Part shown: in pieces, positions 23,716 through 38,250 of the stretch
How positions within the stretch are numbered: position 1 is the first letter of the stretch
Layout: each line of letters opens with the position of its first letter
Assembly: GCA_036172245.1 (NCBI GenBank)
Contig: JAYWIR010000010.1
Location: 4,588,001 to 4,652,000 of the forward strand
Length of the DNA: 64,000 nucleotides
Direction of reading: 5' to 3'
From: Raillietiella orientalis
Taxonomy: Eukaryota
Made by a program: the position numbers and the translations under genes
The notes under the pieces: generated by a model
Seen by the model: only the letters and a program-made list of their open reading frames with translations
Told to the model about the DNA's origin: nothing
Databases searched by the model: none

Positions 23716-26700
23716 AGGCTGTATGAGGAGGATTCCGCGAAGGTCCGTTATATGTAGGGAGAAGACGAATCTGAGTGGGATAAAGGGAACGAAGTATCAT
23801 GGAGATCGGCAAGATGGCACCTCCGAAAGGCAAGATTCTAACAGTTACGTGCAGAGGACCCTTTGATTAGATGATCGTTGTTTATTCTACTCGAGAAGCC
23901 TCTAAACTTAAGTAGCATCCATTCGCCTCAGGATCTCTCCTTTAATCACCTCAGAGCGACTTTCCTGGCTGTTTCTGAGACAACCTTTCACGAGACGACA
24001 CTCTCAGATTATTCACTGCGCAACGGTAGTTCACTGGCATTCCCGAAGACGTCTGGTTCCAATGCAGTTTGCTGAACTCCCAGCTACTTCTCCGGCATCC
24101 ATGGAATCTCGCTCCGCGGCGGCTCCCCCGTGTTCCTCTCCCGTTTAGGCCAAAGCGAAGAAGAGAGATGGAAGTCAGGATGGAACTCATCCTATTTAGG
24201 GATTCTGCGTAGAGTGAAGAGTAACTGAGTACAGGTGCGTCTTACAACTATGATGTGCAAGCGGAAGGTCGGAATGCAAGATGCCGTAAGAATCGTTGGA
24301 AGGCAGGATAAAGGTGAGGGTGCTCCTGGGACAGGACTGGGATGAGTCAGAACACGGCTCTACAACAACTTAGCGGAGATGACAGCTTAGTTTAGGTCGC
24401 GGCAATGCACGTACATGCTGTACGAGCACACTTTTTTTTTTTTTTTTGTGTGTGTGTATGTTTTTTACTCTCTACGACCGAAAATCCATGGTAGCTCCAA
24501 GCTGAAAGTTCTGAAGAATTTACTGTGAAGCAGGTGATGCCACAAGGCGATGGTGAAAGGAAGGAGAAGGACAGCCTTGAACGAACCCGCTCGCGAAACA
24601 GCAGTTGATAAAAAAGCGTCGTAGGTCGATAGGTGATTCTTCTGACGAGCAAAAAGATGGGATGGCTGTGTTCATTTGATGAAACCTAAGCCTTCTCGCA
24701 TGCTCTCATGTCCTCCTCCTCACCCCGTCCCCTTTTGAAAGAGCAACTTTCCAATCCGCCTCCTTAAACGAGAGATGGTTTCCGCCTCGAATCGAAAGCA
24801 AATTCCCAAAGCGCTTGCTCTCGGAGCGTCCTCTTCGTTGAAGGAAGCGACCTCCGCGTCGCGGATTCTCTCGCTATCTTTACATCGCGGCGAGGCGCTA
24901 GGAAAAGGCAAGAAGGGAGCGCTCCTGACCTAACTCGATCCTGCTCGATATCTTGCTTGCGACTGCAGCAGATATTTTGTTTATTTGTCGGTTTCGTGGC
25001 GAGGTCATGCAAGTGCCACAGCACTCCCTCCCTCTCTCTCTCTCCGGACGTTCCGGCCCGAAGGTTTGCCTCGAATCCAAACTACAGCACTCCAGCTTCT
25101 CAAAACCGGGCCGTCCGGAAGCCCTCACATGCATGTGAGACCCCTGCGAGTCCAGGAAGCTGCGCGGAGGTCTCCAACATTCGTTCCTCCGGTAGCTGCA
25201 CCGTGTCGATTACCCCTTGCGCTTCTCGGTTCAGCCTGCTCGTGAGCGTGACACCACTTCGCCTCAAGGGCAGTCGCCTCCCGGCGGTGAAACTTCGAGG
25301 ATTAAGGTCGCAGAGCCGCCTCCGTTAAAAGCTCCCGCATCTCTCTGCCTCCAGCTCAAGGATTCTTTTCACTGGTCTTCGTTCTCGGTAATTGAGATGC
25401 CGCGATGCTGTGGGAAGATGAAATGCTCCCGTTTCGTTAGCGGGTTTTTCAGATGATTATTATTCCTGTGGTCTGAACTTTATAAAGCTGTCAGGATTTT
25501 CACGGCTCCGTCTCATGTCAGCTTCTGCACAGCTCTTTGTCATGAATATTTCAAACACAGCGGCCGACGAGTAATCTTGATCTTTGAGCGTCGCTTTTTT
25601 GTGTACACTACGAGGCTTTGGCGCTTGTTTCCTATGAATCATCCGTACGGATATGCATGCATTTCTGCTAATCAACCTCACGTTTCTGAAGATATACACC
25701 GGTTTCGCCTGAATCCCCCCCCCCCCTAGTGGAATCTTCCCCGAATCCGGTGCTCGTTGACCAACGTCACAACAGCGATTAATTGCTCACAAATGAGCGA
25801 TGCTTGCGGATTGATCTATGGGAAGAGGAAAAATTTCCAGATGCTTGCCATTTTTTTTCCTGTCAGGGATGTTCCTTTACATCCAAACATGGCAATAATT
25901 CTTTTCCGTGTACTCCTTGGGGGGCTTTGTTTCATCCACTCTGCTGACTTCACCGAACCCGGGCGCGCAGCACGCCTTTCCCGCCGCCTCGTGTCACGAG
26001 GATCCGTGTTTCGTCAGTGGTCTGTGGACGGATCCTTGCTTCACCCTGTCAGCCTGTTTGATATTTCGTAACGGATCTCACCGCGGTCTAAAGCTTGATT
26101 TTGTGTGGCAGAAGAGAAGATTTGCAGCGCGCAGCTTCGCGTTTCGCCCTGTTTTGCAGTGCGTTCGGGACCGTTTCATCTTCTTCTTCTTCTTCTTCTT
26201 CCCCTTTCCTGCAGAACAAAATTCATGGTGCTGAAGTTGAATTCAGAGCAACGGTTCGTCCGCGAATTTTTCCGCTGCTCACCAAGGATGCTCCCCGGTC
26301 GCTGCAAAGGAGTAGCAGTGGACTCCATCTGAGTTTCCTTGTGCTGCTCCCGTCGGAGAATGGCAATCGCAAACCGATTTGTTCCGATTCGCCACTCCCT
26401 GACACCTCCCCGACTCACTTCTTGAGCAAGGTTTTTTTTTTCTTCTCGCGCGCGCTCGGGGGATCTTTCGATATCTGCCACGGTCTTGCAAATGTGAAAT
26501 GAGCGAATATCTCGCGAATGCAACTCAGTCTGGCAAAGACCGTTCGGTTATCCAGCAGCTCCTCACTCGATGCGGTTCGGCATGCCGGCGTCTCCGGTGC
26601 AGAGGCAGACTTCGTGGGACCAGATTTAAAAATAGCCGGATTGCCATCCCGTCTCCGATGCTCTCGGTGCGGTCACACAAGGATCCCAAGCTGGGCTGAC

Positions 26701-27099
26701 GGTAACTGAGGAACAGACAGTGGGGTGTGTGCCTCTCCCCCCTTTGGCGGATGCACATCCGAGTTTTCATCCGGCCTGAGTGCATTTCTCGTCTGGAGGC
26801 GCATATTCGCCTCAGACGGCGTGCGAAATGTTGCACGGAGCACTCAGAAGTGCTCCGTGAAGTGTCTTTTTTTTTTATTTTTCATGTAATCATTCGAAAG
26901 TGCGTAAGTGCAGGACGAAGAAGGATGCATATCCTTCGCATCTATAGATCAACCCCGGTAAACGCAACTGAATTATTAATAAGATTTTTTCGAACATGAT
27001 CGTAAAATAATAATTCATTCCGCAGATTTTTCTTCTTCCTCTCCTCCTTCCTTTCCTGTTGATATCCTGCTGATTTTTTCCTCTGAAATGCAGTCGGTG

Positions 27100-27420
27100 C
27101 TGATGGAGTGATCGTCAAGAGAACCATTCCGCAAAGCGGTTTCATTCCTGCCCCTGTAACAGGCAGCACCGAGCCTTCCTTCCCCTACCCGAGTGCTGCT
27201 GGCATTCTTCGTTTGACCCGAGAACTTGGAGCGAAGAAGGCTGAAGGCAATACGGACCGATGCCCGCAGATCCTTGGTGATGACTCGCGACAACAAATCC
27301 AGAGATGCGGACCACTCTGCGCTCGGGAAATCAAAAGCACCAGCGGCATGGCTGTGGTTTGGAAGTTGAGGAAGGTTTCAGTTTTTGTGGATTGCGAGGC
27401 GCTTTGTCTCAACCGAGGTG
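27100..27420 (+). pseudogene. Possible decayed RT fragment
   Basis: GVIVKRTIPQSG ... VFVDCEAL echo GxIxxIPKxG ... FVDFxKAFD; weak. Confidence 0.3.
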
Positions 27421-30400
27421 TCTCCTCCGGATAGGAGAATACACATCTCCTCTTCCTTTGTGTTTCCAACGTGGAGGAAATCTCCTCCTTGGTTGACGCT
27501 TTCTCATTCGTGTAATAAGCGATTACAGTCAGCGTGAACCGATCGTGCGTTTCGTAGTACCTTTCTTGCAAGCATAAATAAAAAGGTGCTGAAAAGTCTG
27601 GAAGCTGCTGGAAAAAAAAAAACTTACGCGGCGTGCAATTTAGAATAATCAACAGCTCCGCAGAAAATGGCATTCCGTTTTCGGCTCTGTGGCGGGTTTT
27701 CCCGAAACTTCATGGAAGCGTTCTCTTCATTAACCAGATTCCTCATTGTCGGAAGGAATTCTTCACGCAGCAGATTTTCATTTCCACAAGGCTGCAACTC
27801 TCTGGTGTCGGGAAAAAAAATCCACGTCCTCACATTGGGACCAACTCCAAAGACGATATTGTGGGTCGTCTCGTTTCAGCGCTCGGGACAAACGTGCATT
27901 CGACGAAAATTCGAGATCCAACGTCTGATCTTGCACCCGAAGGGGGGGAGGGGAAGCGTTGAACCTGGAAAGAAAGGAGTCTCGGGTTCGTGCTGCACGG
28001 AGGGAAATAGAAGAACGGGAAAGAGAGAGCTTCTATAGAGTTCATGCAGCTGAAAAATTGGCTGCGAGGAATGGAAAGTTTATTCGATGATTTTATAAAT
28101 CAAACCTTTTGCATCGCTGTCGCTCTCTCCTTCTCTCTCTCTCTGGAAAGAGAGATCAGGATTCGAGAAAACAACCTTTTCTTCATTCATGTGACAGTGT
28201 TGAAATAACGGAGAAATTTTATGAGTTGTTATGCTCTGACCTTGTAACTACCATGGACGTTTGAACGAAAGGATGAAAAGATTTATGCTCTTACATTGCG
28301 TCACTTAATGTGCTGTTTGCTTCGCTCTTAAGTTAGCCACAAAAGGAAAGAATAAAAACATAATTAGATTTATGATTTCATGAAGAATAGAAACCATAAA
28401 GGAAATTGGGGGGACTTTTTAGAAAATTTGCTGAACGGATAAGTAAATAGAAAACCCTCTTGTTTTTCCGTACGTAAGGGTTCTTGCTGCTAGATAAAAT
28501 AAAATATCTAATGGAAACGAGGAGACTCTTCCTGTTCCTTCGGAAAAATAGATTTTCTCCATTGGCATCCAAAAGTTTGTGGCTTCGTGGCACAGGGAGA
28601 GAGCACATTGACTCTGAATGTTCGGGAACTGCAACAAGCAGTGGGAGAACAGTGGATTTCGCAGGATGGGAAGAAGGATTTCTCATAAACGTGTACAACG
28701 TGCACACTTGACAGCGGGAGATGGGAATGCGCCAATGCATCAAAGCAGCTCGATCGCAGTCCAAACTGGTGTGATGCATGTGTGTGTTTTCGCAATAGCG
28801 AACCACACTGTGTTTCAGTGTCCACTTTTTATTAGCTGGGAGTGCTCTGGATGAAACAAAACGCTCCATCTGTTCTTTGAGAATCCAATCGCGCCTCAGT
28901 GTCCACTTCGGTTCTTTCAATGCTCAAATCTTGAAATCAGTTCCAGTTCATCGCGAAAGATGGCGATGTTCATCGCCATCGATGCTTACAATTAAATGAT
29001 CATCGTCTCAACGTCGATGAAACAAAGATCCATTGATTCCTTTTACACGAATCTACTCATCGAAAACCCAACCAACTCGCAAAACTCTTAAAACTACCAA
29101 ACTGATGGTAATGACAAGGCTTCAGGAAAATTCCAGGACAACACTTCAGGAAAATTGCAAGAGCTAGGCTTTTTGAGAATTGCAACTGGGAACACAAATA
29201 GTTCTGGGAGAGATGCGACCTGCCTTCCGGTTTAGTACGACTGGAGTTGCGAACCCAATCAGTCAGGCCGTCCAATGCCGTGTTCTATTCTTTCCGAGAA
29301 CCCCCAAACTTTGATCAAACGCAGATTGGATTGCACGCCAACACGGTGCTTCGGCATCACATTCTTACATGGCGCTCTAATGATTCTGGAGAGCTGATAC
29401 CACGACAGCATCAAATCCCGGCGGCGCCATCCACCCACACCATCACCCTAGCTTGAGAAATCTTTCTCTTTATTCTTGACAAACATGAGCTGCTGCTGCC
29501 GCCTTCATTCGTCAAGAAATACCAGCAAACATTTCAGAGTGTGGCTCCGGCTTCACAAGCACAACTCCTTCAAGATGCAATGAAAGGTCTGGTGATTGCA
29601 TTGCTCTTCTCCCTCGGACAGATGCCCTGAGTTTTTTGGGGAAATGGAAAATCCACAAGGATGAAAGAAAGATTTCCCAGAAAAAAATCCTCTCTTGGCT
29701 ACTAAAGGTTTATGTGACTGTCATGAGGAAGAGCTCAGATAGTAGATAAATACTCTCTGCCTCTGTGTTACTTGAGCGTGAGCAATATTCAAGCACGGCT
29801 CCCTTAAATGCACTGCTCGTAGGCGGCGAGAATGTAAACGCACGTCTGACCAGTTGACTTTTCTAGCCACAATGTATCAGTTTTTCGGTACGGAGGCCTT
29901 CCGGAAAGTGCAGCTGCCAGACGTTTGCAGAACCGGATCTGTGGGGCGGCGGTGTTGAACTTGAGGAACAGAAAGACCGACTCCGCCAGCCGAGAGACTT
30001 TCGATTTCCAAGGCTTCTTCTAACGAAGAGGAATCGAGTCGCAGGAAGTCGCACTGCGCCATCAGGAATTCCGATCCTCGGGAAAAGTGATTCTTCGCGG
30101 ATCTGAATGGAAAGGTGCTTATTTAATAAGAATCGCTGTACAGTAGGAAAGGAAAAACATCTTTCGAGTCCTATTTATAGTGTGATATGCGGATTCCACT
30201 CTGATTGCATTTTTTTTTTTTTTTTTCCTTTGCGTCCAATGGGGATCGCGTCGAGATTCAAATGTGCACCGAAAAAAGACAGAGGTTATGCTCCGCGGAG
30301 ATCATCTTCGAAGCAAAGCCGAGATTCTGTAAAAGGCTCTCGGTTTGCGGTGCGCGAAGCTAAATCTGCCCTTTCCGTCGGAGCATAGGAGCTCTTTTCT

Positions 30401-30639
30401 CTCAAACGCAGATCAAATGAATTATCTTGTGATAGTATTCGTGCTGAAGAACGAGAGATTCTTCTTCGGCACGAACACTATCCCAAATATTCTTTAATTA
30501 ACCACTTGCGATGGAAATATTCACAGCCACCTGGTCTTTTGGTCATGTTGAGAACTCTTTCGCTCGTTCTCTGCATTTCTTCAGCAACTTTGTTTTCTGT
30601 CTTGAGGAACATCTGAAGTGGCCCCCGGGCTCATGAACA

Positions 30640-30980
30640 CTTCCACCCTCCCCTTAAAATGGCAGGAGTCGTTTCTACTGTTGCAGCACTGGGGACTCCC
30701 CTGCAAAGCCCGCCGACACCACTGGACCTGGGGAGCGGTCGACCCCAGTTGTGTTAGGTGTGGGGAACGGGAGTCCCTCTCCCACCTCCTTGTGGATTGC
30801 GTTGCCCTTCGACCCCTTTGGTTCCGCTTTTGCCGCGGCTACGTTCCTCGACGTGGCTTCCCTTTCGTTCGTTTCTTTAGCTTTTCAGTTTCGTTCCGTT
30901 CTGTACATTGCTCTGTGTTTCAGCCGATCACATGGCACGTTATGTGTATGGCACACTTCTTGACATACCTTAATTGGTAA
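30640..30980 (+). mobile_element. 5'-truncated LINE 3' end encoding a well-preserved zf-RVT zinc finger
   Basis: FLLLQHWGLPCKAR...DPSCVRCGERESLSHLLVDCVALRPLW is a canonical CxxC..E...HL..DC..W pattern of L1/Tx1 ORF2. Confidence 0.85.
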
Positions 30981-32899
30981 GACTTTCCACGAAATCGGCA
31001 AATAGCCTTACTGTCCGAGAAACATCCAAGGAGCTTTGATGAGGATGCGTGGTTCGTGCTAACGTCATATTGAGAATTGCACATTATGACACAGAAGACG
31101 TAAAGGACCCCTAGTTCTCCCTTTTATTTTCCTTCTTCTTTTCAACATGGGGGGCTACCTTCAGGAAGGGGGAAAAAGGCATTCTCTATTCAGGAGACAT
31201 TCTGAAGATGCTCTCAAAGGAAACGGTGAAGAAACTACGGGAAAATCACGAAACATTGAACGAGTAGGTGAATACCTGATCTAAGCAGAAAAAGAAGAAC
31301 GGAAAAGGCAGTTCTTTTCGCTTTTTTTTCTTTGGGGGGGGGGGATCTTTTGTTTTCATCACTTGATCATTGCATGGTGTAAGATCTCGGCCGCCACAAA
31401 AGTCAGCGAACAGCTCACCGAAACGACTAACAAATCTCGAGACTGCCAAATCTCCCAGAAACAAATGGCAAAAGTAAAATCAATGTCCAAGTGCACCCCG
31501 ATCTCGTCTTGCGAAAATCTCCGTCGAAGGCAGAGCGGCGGAAGAGCTCACACACAACCTCCTCCTCGTCCTCTTCCTCCTCCTCCCCTCTCCACCCACG
31601 TGCTGTGTTTATTCCGGGTTCGGATTGGACGCTTTTAAGAAAGCACGTCGGGCAAGACAGCGCGCTGTGTACCATCCTGCGACCATAAGACGGAACGAGA
31701 GACGCGATCCCGATGAGGAAGTGGAAAACAAGCAGAGTATGCAACGGCAGGAGACGATAGGTAATCACTTGAGAATATGTGCGTGCGTAGATAGGCAGGC
31801 TGATTAATGGTCAGGAACGCCAAATCGCAGTAGGTCCTCCTTCGGAAAGTCTGGGCCGGCAGAGGCGACAAGCTGGGTGACGACGTGTCATCAAGAACGC
31901 GAACTCTTTCGTTCCGACTTTCCCGTAGAGGAAAACGTCAATGGAAGCGTTTGACCCTTTCGGCAGCCGTTCGAGGAACCATTAAGGATTTCAAGGATGG
32001 GGAATCACCTATTGAAGATCCCGTATCCTCTCCCGAAAATCGCATCCTGCAATTAGAGAGCGTGCTCTTGTTTGTTTCCTGGTCTCCCGGACTGATAGCT
32101 CGTCAATTGTGTCATGTGCGTGCGTGCGCGCGCGCGCGCGTGTGTGTAGCGAGTGCGTACGTGCGTGCACGCACACGCGCGAGTGCCCTCTCCTTCTTCC
32201 TGACACAGAATTACAAATCAATTAACGTCCGCGATTGCACAGCCTCCTTGGGCTGCTGCTTGGCCCTGGGGCAAGGATATATAAAGATGTTGAAACGTTC
32301 GTGTTTTCCCTCAAAGAATTGGTTGTCGTCCCAAAAACTTCCGGATAATGCTGGAGGCTCAATGAGCAGCGTGGTTCAGAAGGAAAAAACTGGTCGCAAG
32401 CCAATGAACGCCATGAGCCATGAACGAAATCGGAAATAAAGGCGAGGTAACGCGAACCCGTGTAAAAGTCGCTTGTGCTCTCTTCGGCACGCATAAAAAC
32501 CTGCTCTGTCTTCGAGAGAAGAAGAGCAGTTTGTGTGCGTGTGTGTGTGTGTGTCTTTTTTTTTTTTTGCTTTTTTCCATTTCACGCACATACGCGCGCG
32601 CACTCGAACGTGTGCATACATACGAACGTACGTACACTCAGAAATAACTTTTTTGTCATCACGCAAAAATGAACGGAACACTGGCAACAAAATGAACGCC
32701 GTGCTCATACAAAATAGGATGGTACAGTTCGAGACATTTGTCTCGCGCTGCGTAAACAAAATGCGGATTTTCAACAGATAAAAAAAAAAAAAAAAAAAAA
32801 AAAACAAGCGCCTGAAAACGGATGTTCCGTTTGCGCGAACATCGACGACGCTTCTTTGACTGGTGCCCTCGTGGGAAGTGCAAGAATCCCCGAAGGGAA

Positions 32900-35050
32900 A
32901 CGCCGCAACCTTCACCATACACTTGTACAGCCCGAAGTCCACAGGACCTCAGAAGACCGCCTGGGAACACTTTCGCCCGATGTGTCGAAGGTGCAAAAAG
33001 CCACGGCACGAAACCGCCGTTGCCAACGCCGCTTCCGAAAGGTGTTCGTGAAGGCTGGCTTCTTGGCGGTTGTGCTCACCATTGCAAACCCTTCCAGAGC
33101 GAGGCTCGAGATGGGCTGACCTCTGCTATGACCCCAAACGCGGATTACCCGGAAACGTGATTCAGGCTGCGGTCCAGCAGAAGGGACAGGCGGTGAAGTG
33201 ATCGGTGGAACTTTTTCCCAAACAAAGTTGCCTCCCATCCCACACAAGTGAGAAAGACAGCACGTGGTGTGGAAGACTCTTGGGCGGGAATGACCCTCCG
33301 AGGGACCGGACAGCCGATGGCGGCTGCCGCGCCGATGGAGGTGTGCCAGCCGTCTACCTCCAAGAAGGTAACCTCTCAAGCGTTGGCAGCGACATCGCTG
33401 CGTCCTACGCAGTGGTGGAAAACTTCTTTGAGCTGCTGCGCCGTGGGACGGGCCTAGAGGTGAACAGAGAGAAATCAAAAATTCTTACAACAAATACGGC
33501 GTGGGGCGGACGGCCGGACTGGATCCGCTTGTGGATCCCCACGGGCAGGTACATCAAATACTTTGGCGTTCCGTTGGGGGACTTCTGAGTTGCAGAAGCC
33601 TGGTCCGACCGTTTCCAAAAGATGGAATTGGCGATTAGCCCATTCCAGAACGGCAAGTTTTACTTGCCGGAACGGGCCGCGGTTTGGAACGCTTTCGAGG
33701 CCCCTAATTTTTGTTCCCCCCTCCCCCACCGATCATGAAGAAAACGATCGAGAGCCTCCTCAGGAAAGCCCTTTGGGGCACAGGGAGGTCCCGTGCTTGC
33801 TTAAAAGACTTGTGCGCTCTACGTAGGGACAGTGGATTGGCCTAGAAGACTCGCCCTTGCACGAAATTTTGGATTACAGCTTGGTGCGAACCCACACGCC
33901 TCCTCGCCAGCAGAGCGCCCTGCTGCAAAGGATTGTCCTCGATCCTCGTGGCATACCAGAGCAGCTTAGGCTATTGTGGCCATCAGCTGCGCCAGCTGGC
34001 GATGGTTGCCTTGATGAGGGAGAATACCTGGATCTCCTGCCTCCCCGCGAACTGCATCGCCTGACTTCAGGTGTCAGTTTCCTCGTGGCCCAAGATCAAC
34101 GGCTCGAGCGAGGCGGAATACAACTGCCTCCGTCGAGGCACCTACGTTCGACAGCCCCTGCAGGAGAGTAACATCCCGTGGAAGTTTTTGTGGCTTCTTG
34201 CTCCCTTGCTGTTTTCCCTCAAGGATGCTAGGGACAGGAACGGACAAGCATCCCCTAGAGGGAGGTCAACCAGACAGCAGTAGTTTCATCAGAGTCCGAA
34301 GATTCAGTACTGCGAGCAGTTCGCAGCCAGCGTTTCTGGAATCTCCATGAGGTGCAGCTGTTCCAGTGCATGAAGAAGAGGAGGGGAGGTGCGGCCTACA
34401 GGACCAAGGAGAAGAAGAACGAGGGAGGTGATTCAAGGAAGCCAACTGGAAGAAAAGCATCAGCAGACCGGATAGGGCAGAGGAGGTCCTCACTGCAACA
34501 GTCCACCGTTTCTCCGCGGATCAGGTAAATTGCAAAAGCGAATTGCCCGGTGATCTGGAGGATGGATTGGACCACCGTACACGCTTGATGGCCTACTTTT
34601 CTAACCGGGAGATCTCTCGTGCGGTTCCCTACTCTGAGTCTTCGCCGGGATAAGTGAAGATGAGACCTGCAGAGCGTGTTGCGAGCGGGAAATCCAACGT
34701 CGTGTGTGCTCACCTGCCGGTCACAGACCCGACGAGTGGACAGCAGTCTGCTGATTGGCAGGTCTGCAGGATGGGTTGCCAGTGGAGATTCCGAGTGGAC
34801 CTCTCACGGGAATAAAGTGGTCTTGGAGTACGGGGGGGAAGGGTATGTGGGCGACTAACCAGAAGGCTAACTTCTTCCACACTGACATCATAGCGAGAAG
34901 TTGGAGACTCCTCCAAGGGAACAATGTGCCGGCAAAAGTGATCTTGCGAGGGCTGTCGAAGAATGAATCGGGATGCGCAGTTGCGGAAGGATGCACGCGT
35001 AGACACTCAGGTTCATCCGACGCAAACTGCAGATGATCCTATGAATGCCA
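32900..35050 (+). mobile_element. Decayed L1/Tx1-like LINE ORF2 (RT core to zf-RVT)
   Basis: KGVREGWLLG (GVRQG), GTGLEVNREKSKIL (GLxVNxxKS), YIKYFGVPLG (KYLGVPL) and downstream IIARSWRLLQG...GCAVAEGC (zf-RVT). May be more than one fragment. Confidence 0.75.
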
Positions 35051-35959
35051 AGCAGCACCAATGCCACTCTCCCAAAAGAGACGATCAACAAGTGAACAGA
35101 GCCACGACGGAGCACCGGCATGTGACATCCGGTGTGGACCTCAGTGTTTACAGTGTGCTGAAGTCGATAGTTGATGGTCAAAACTTCCGGGTTTTTTTTT
35201 TTTAAAAAATCCGAAACGAAATTGAGTCTTCATGTGAAAATTCATCCCGTCGCTTGTCGGAACTGGTGAAGATCGTGAAGGTGCACCAATCCCCAGCCTC
35301 TTCGGCCTGGACGAGAATGGCCGCCTCGCATGCAGGCCACGTACCAGCCCGACTTATGCCGATTTTGCATGAACCGTGCGACTATAGGGCGGCATCGTGC
35401 TCGGAGGGTGCATGCAAAAAAAAAAAAAAAGATGGCAGACAGGGGAATCTTCTGCATTCCACAAGCTCCGGGCATCCAGAGCTGCAGGCTGCGTAGGGTG
35501 GATGTGGGGAGCATGAATGATTAAAGTGGGAGACGAGGAAGCACGGCAAGGCACGAAGTCGAAAAGGGTGCAGAATTTGGGGACGGAGAACGTTTTCTCC
35601 GGAGACCGAGGTCACCTCATCAGCCTTGTTCTGAGTGCAGGAAGTCACTCGTCGATGCCCAGACGACAATATGACGGAAGCCGCGGAACCGGGTTGTGTT
35701 TACCGAGAAAATAGTGTTGAGCAGCCTGTGCTAATCTCCAGGTGAACCTCGCCGGTCTGCGGAGCAGCAATCCGGCAGGTCCACAGTCAAGTCGATCGTG
35801 GTTTATCACCCGGTTGAGTCGGGTCATTTATTCAGAAAAACCTAACAAACCATCTGGAACAAAGTTTCCAGACCAAGGGAAAAGAAGTGCAAGAGGCAAT
35901 GAGTTGCCCGACGCGCAGGTCGGGCACATTGAAAGTCCGGAACGGACACGATGGAGGGT

Positions 35960-37700
35960 TCCACTGGGAACGGGAGGGAGGGGACCACAGATAGATATAA
36001 AAAATACAAAAAAGATGTGGGAGGGGGGAAGCGGAAAGGGGTCTTTGGCTTCGACAGTTCCATCGTTTCAGAACCGGCGTTGAATGCTGGCAATCTCCTT
36101 CCTTGTTTCTTCCTTGAGATGAGGCCATCCAGCAGCCGTCCTCACGTTGACGTCGGCAATCTTGATGACCTTCCTGGATACCGCTCGCGATTCCAACAGG
36201 TGGCGGGCCACGACGATAGCACGGATGCAACTCATCGCTGCGATGACCGCGCCTAGCGAGAGGCTGCCACGCATGACATCGGTGGCGGTGTCATGCGTCC
36301 CCTGGTGTAGGAGCGCTGAAGGCAGCCTCCGCCGCAGTCCTTGGAGGGAACCGCAGTTGAGGAGCAGGTGCGGAAGCATTTCCGCTGCTCCGCACCTTCC
36401 ACATTTCGAAGAGGCAACTCCCCGGAAACGAGGTGCGCGCGCTGATTGCAGTGGAAACCCCAATGCAACAGCAGAAGCACATCCTGTTTCCATGGAAGGA
36501 GGAATACAGAGGTGTCCACCACGAGGGAGTCGAGCGTGGTAGGACCACGTGTCCTACCACAAATTGTGAGGAGCTAAATGACCCGGAGTGACCGGGTGGT
36601 AATTCATGAGGTGTAATGTGCAGCCATCTTGTCATCATCCACAAAAAGGAGAACCTGATCGGGACGGCGCTTCCTTGCTTTTTCCGGCGTGGCTGCCCAC
36701 TGCCTTGGCTCCGTGGAGGCGACACAAAGCTACGACGGCCACGGCAGGTGCCACGCGTTTCTTCAGGACTTTTGGGGTTGTCCCTTGAGGGCCGCAGCTA
36801 AACGTTCCCACACGCCCCGTAGAGCAGCACACCCGAATAAGGGGTGCTATAAGGTTTCCCTTCCACCGCACCGGGCACATTACTGGACGACACTCTCTCT
36901 GGTCCAGTGGTGGCGGATTGCGTCGCACGGAACAGTCCAACGCAGCAGCTGCAACGCTGAGTCCCGGCACTCCAGTGAGAGCACAGAGCCGTCCGTCTGC
37001 ACCGCGTAGATCTCGACGTCTTCCAAGGGGATTTCCAGAGGATAGGCTTGGAGGAGAAGTCCTACATGGTAGCAGCAACAGCAAGTTCACGGTGCCGTCC
37101 AACATTGCACCGGCTTGGTTCTTCCTGCGACTTTGCGGAGTGGTCGCCGTTGTTGCTCTCCCGTAGCGAGGCCGAATTTGCAGCAAGTGGGGTGCTCTGA
37201 GCTCAGATGCTCTTCCTGGGGCCTTCCACGACCTCCTTCAACGAGCAGCGAGCTCATTGCCTGTGGCTGCTCCAGGCTGGTGCCGCTGATCTTAACCCCC
37301 GTCTGAACCGCTCTCTGAAGCAGACAAAGAATCCAGACATCGGTCACGCAGCCAAGACAATCATCTGCCGAAACTGATGCCCGCATCGGGCCAAGCTTCG
37401 GCAGCTGCCGTCCACGAGGGAAGATGTCGATCCCTCTTGGAGATGAGTAGAATGGGGTGAGAGGTGAGAGAGGAGCCTTTCGACCCAGAAGTGAGCGCGC
37501 GAAATCCAGGAAGATGCGCCTCCCGTAGCTGGGTTCCCGAAAGGAAAGCAGGGACCTGAAATTCATCAACCGGTCACGCCGCTGGAGTCTATTCCAAAGA
37601 ACAAACAAGCTGGAAACGCCATTCTCGACGGAGGACAAGAAGTTCAAGGGGAGCGTCCACTGACACGCAGGGCAGCCACTCTAAAAGTCCAGAAAGGAAG
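35960..37700 (-). mobile_element. Decayed L1/Tx1-like LINE ORF2 (RT core, zf-RVT, 3' tail)
   Basis: FLDF (~37660), APLSPL, VSADDC (YADD-equivalent), KCGRCGAAEMLPHLLLNCGSL (zf-RVT), AAGWPHL...IASIQRRF, then a pyrimidine/T-rich tail. Confidence 0.8.
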
Positions 37701-37759
37701 AGTGGGGATAAGAACTAAATAAATAAACAAATAAGGGGAGGGTGGAGACAGGCGTTTCT

Positions 37760-38250
37760 TCCTTCTTGAATATGGCGCTGGATGCCAGTGGTTCTGTCTT
37801 GAGTTTTTGTTTCAGAGGAAGGCCACTTCTCAGCCGCCCTCACGTAGGCGGCTGCCACGCTGGACTGCGGGGACTTCCCTCCGCTGGACTGCGGGGCCCT
37901 CCAGAAGCTGTGGTGGAGGATGCTGGCAGTAGCATTCCTGTACCAGGAGGACAGCCCGCCCCGCGACCTGCTTAGACGGTTCTTCGCGCCGGGAGGAATG
38001 TCGACGGGCGCGGCAATCGCAACCATGGCAGGGCCATTGTAACGGCCCGCCATGTGCTCGAGACGACCACGCAGCGGAGGGAGGTCACCGGAATGGCAGC
38101 CGCCTACATGAGGACGGCCTCAAGGTGGCCTCAGCTGGAAGAAAAAGTGGAGGAGATCGCCGGCATCCGGAGCGGTTTTAGGAAAGCTAGGAACGGCGGA
38201 CACCTATGACCCTTGTTTCCTACCTCTCTTTATTTTCTTTATTTTGTTCT
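37760..38250 (+). mobile_element. LINE 3' fragment of the same family
   Basis: RTASRWPQLEEKVEEIAGIRSGFRKARN at ~38110-38195 matches the C-termini at ~36080-36150 and ~22900-22990. A T-rich tail follows. Confidence 0.65.

Noticed and set aside
29060..29600. Additional RT relic
   Set aside because: Only vague motif echoes; too degenerate to support. The same applies to 14590-14670 and 51700-52200.
32115..32640. (CG)n/(TG)n alternating tracts as a functional Z-DNA element
   Set aside because: Simple microsatellite-like sequence with no supporting context.
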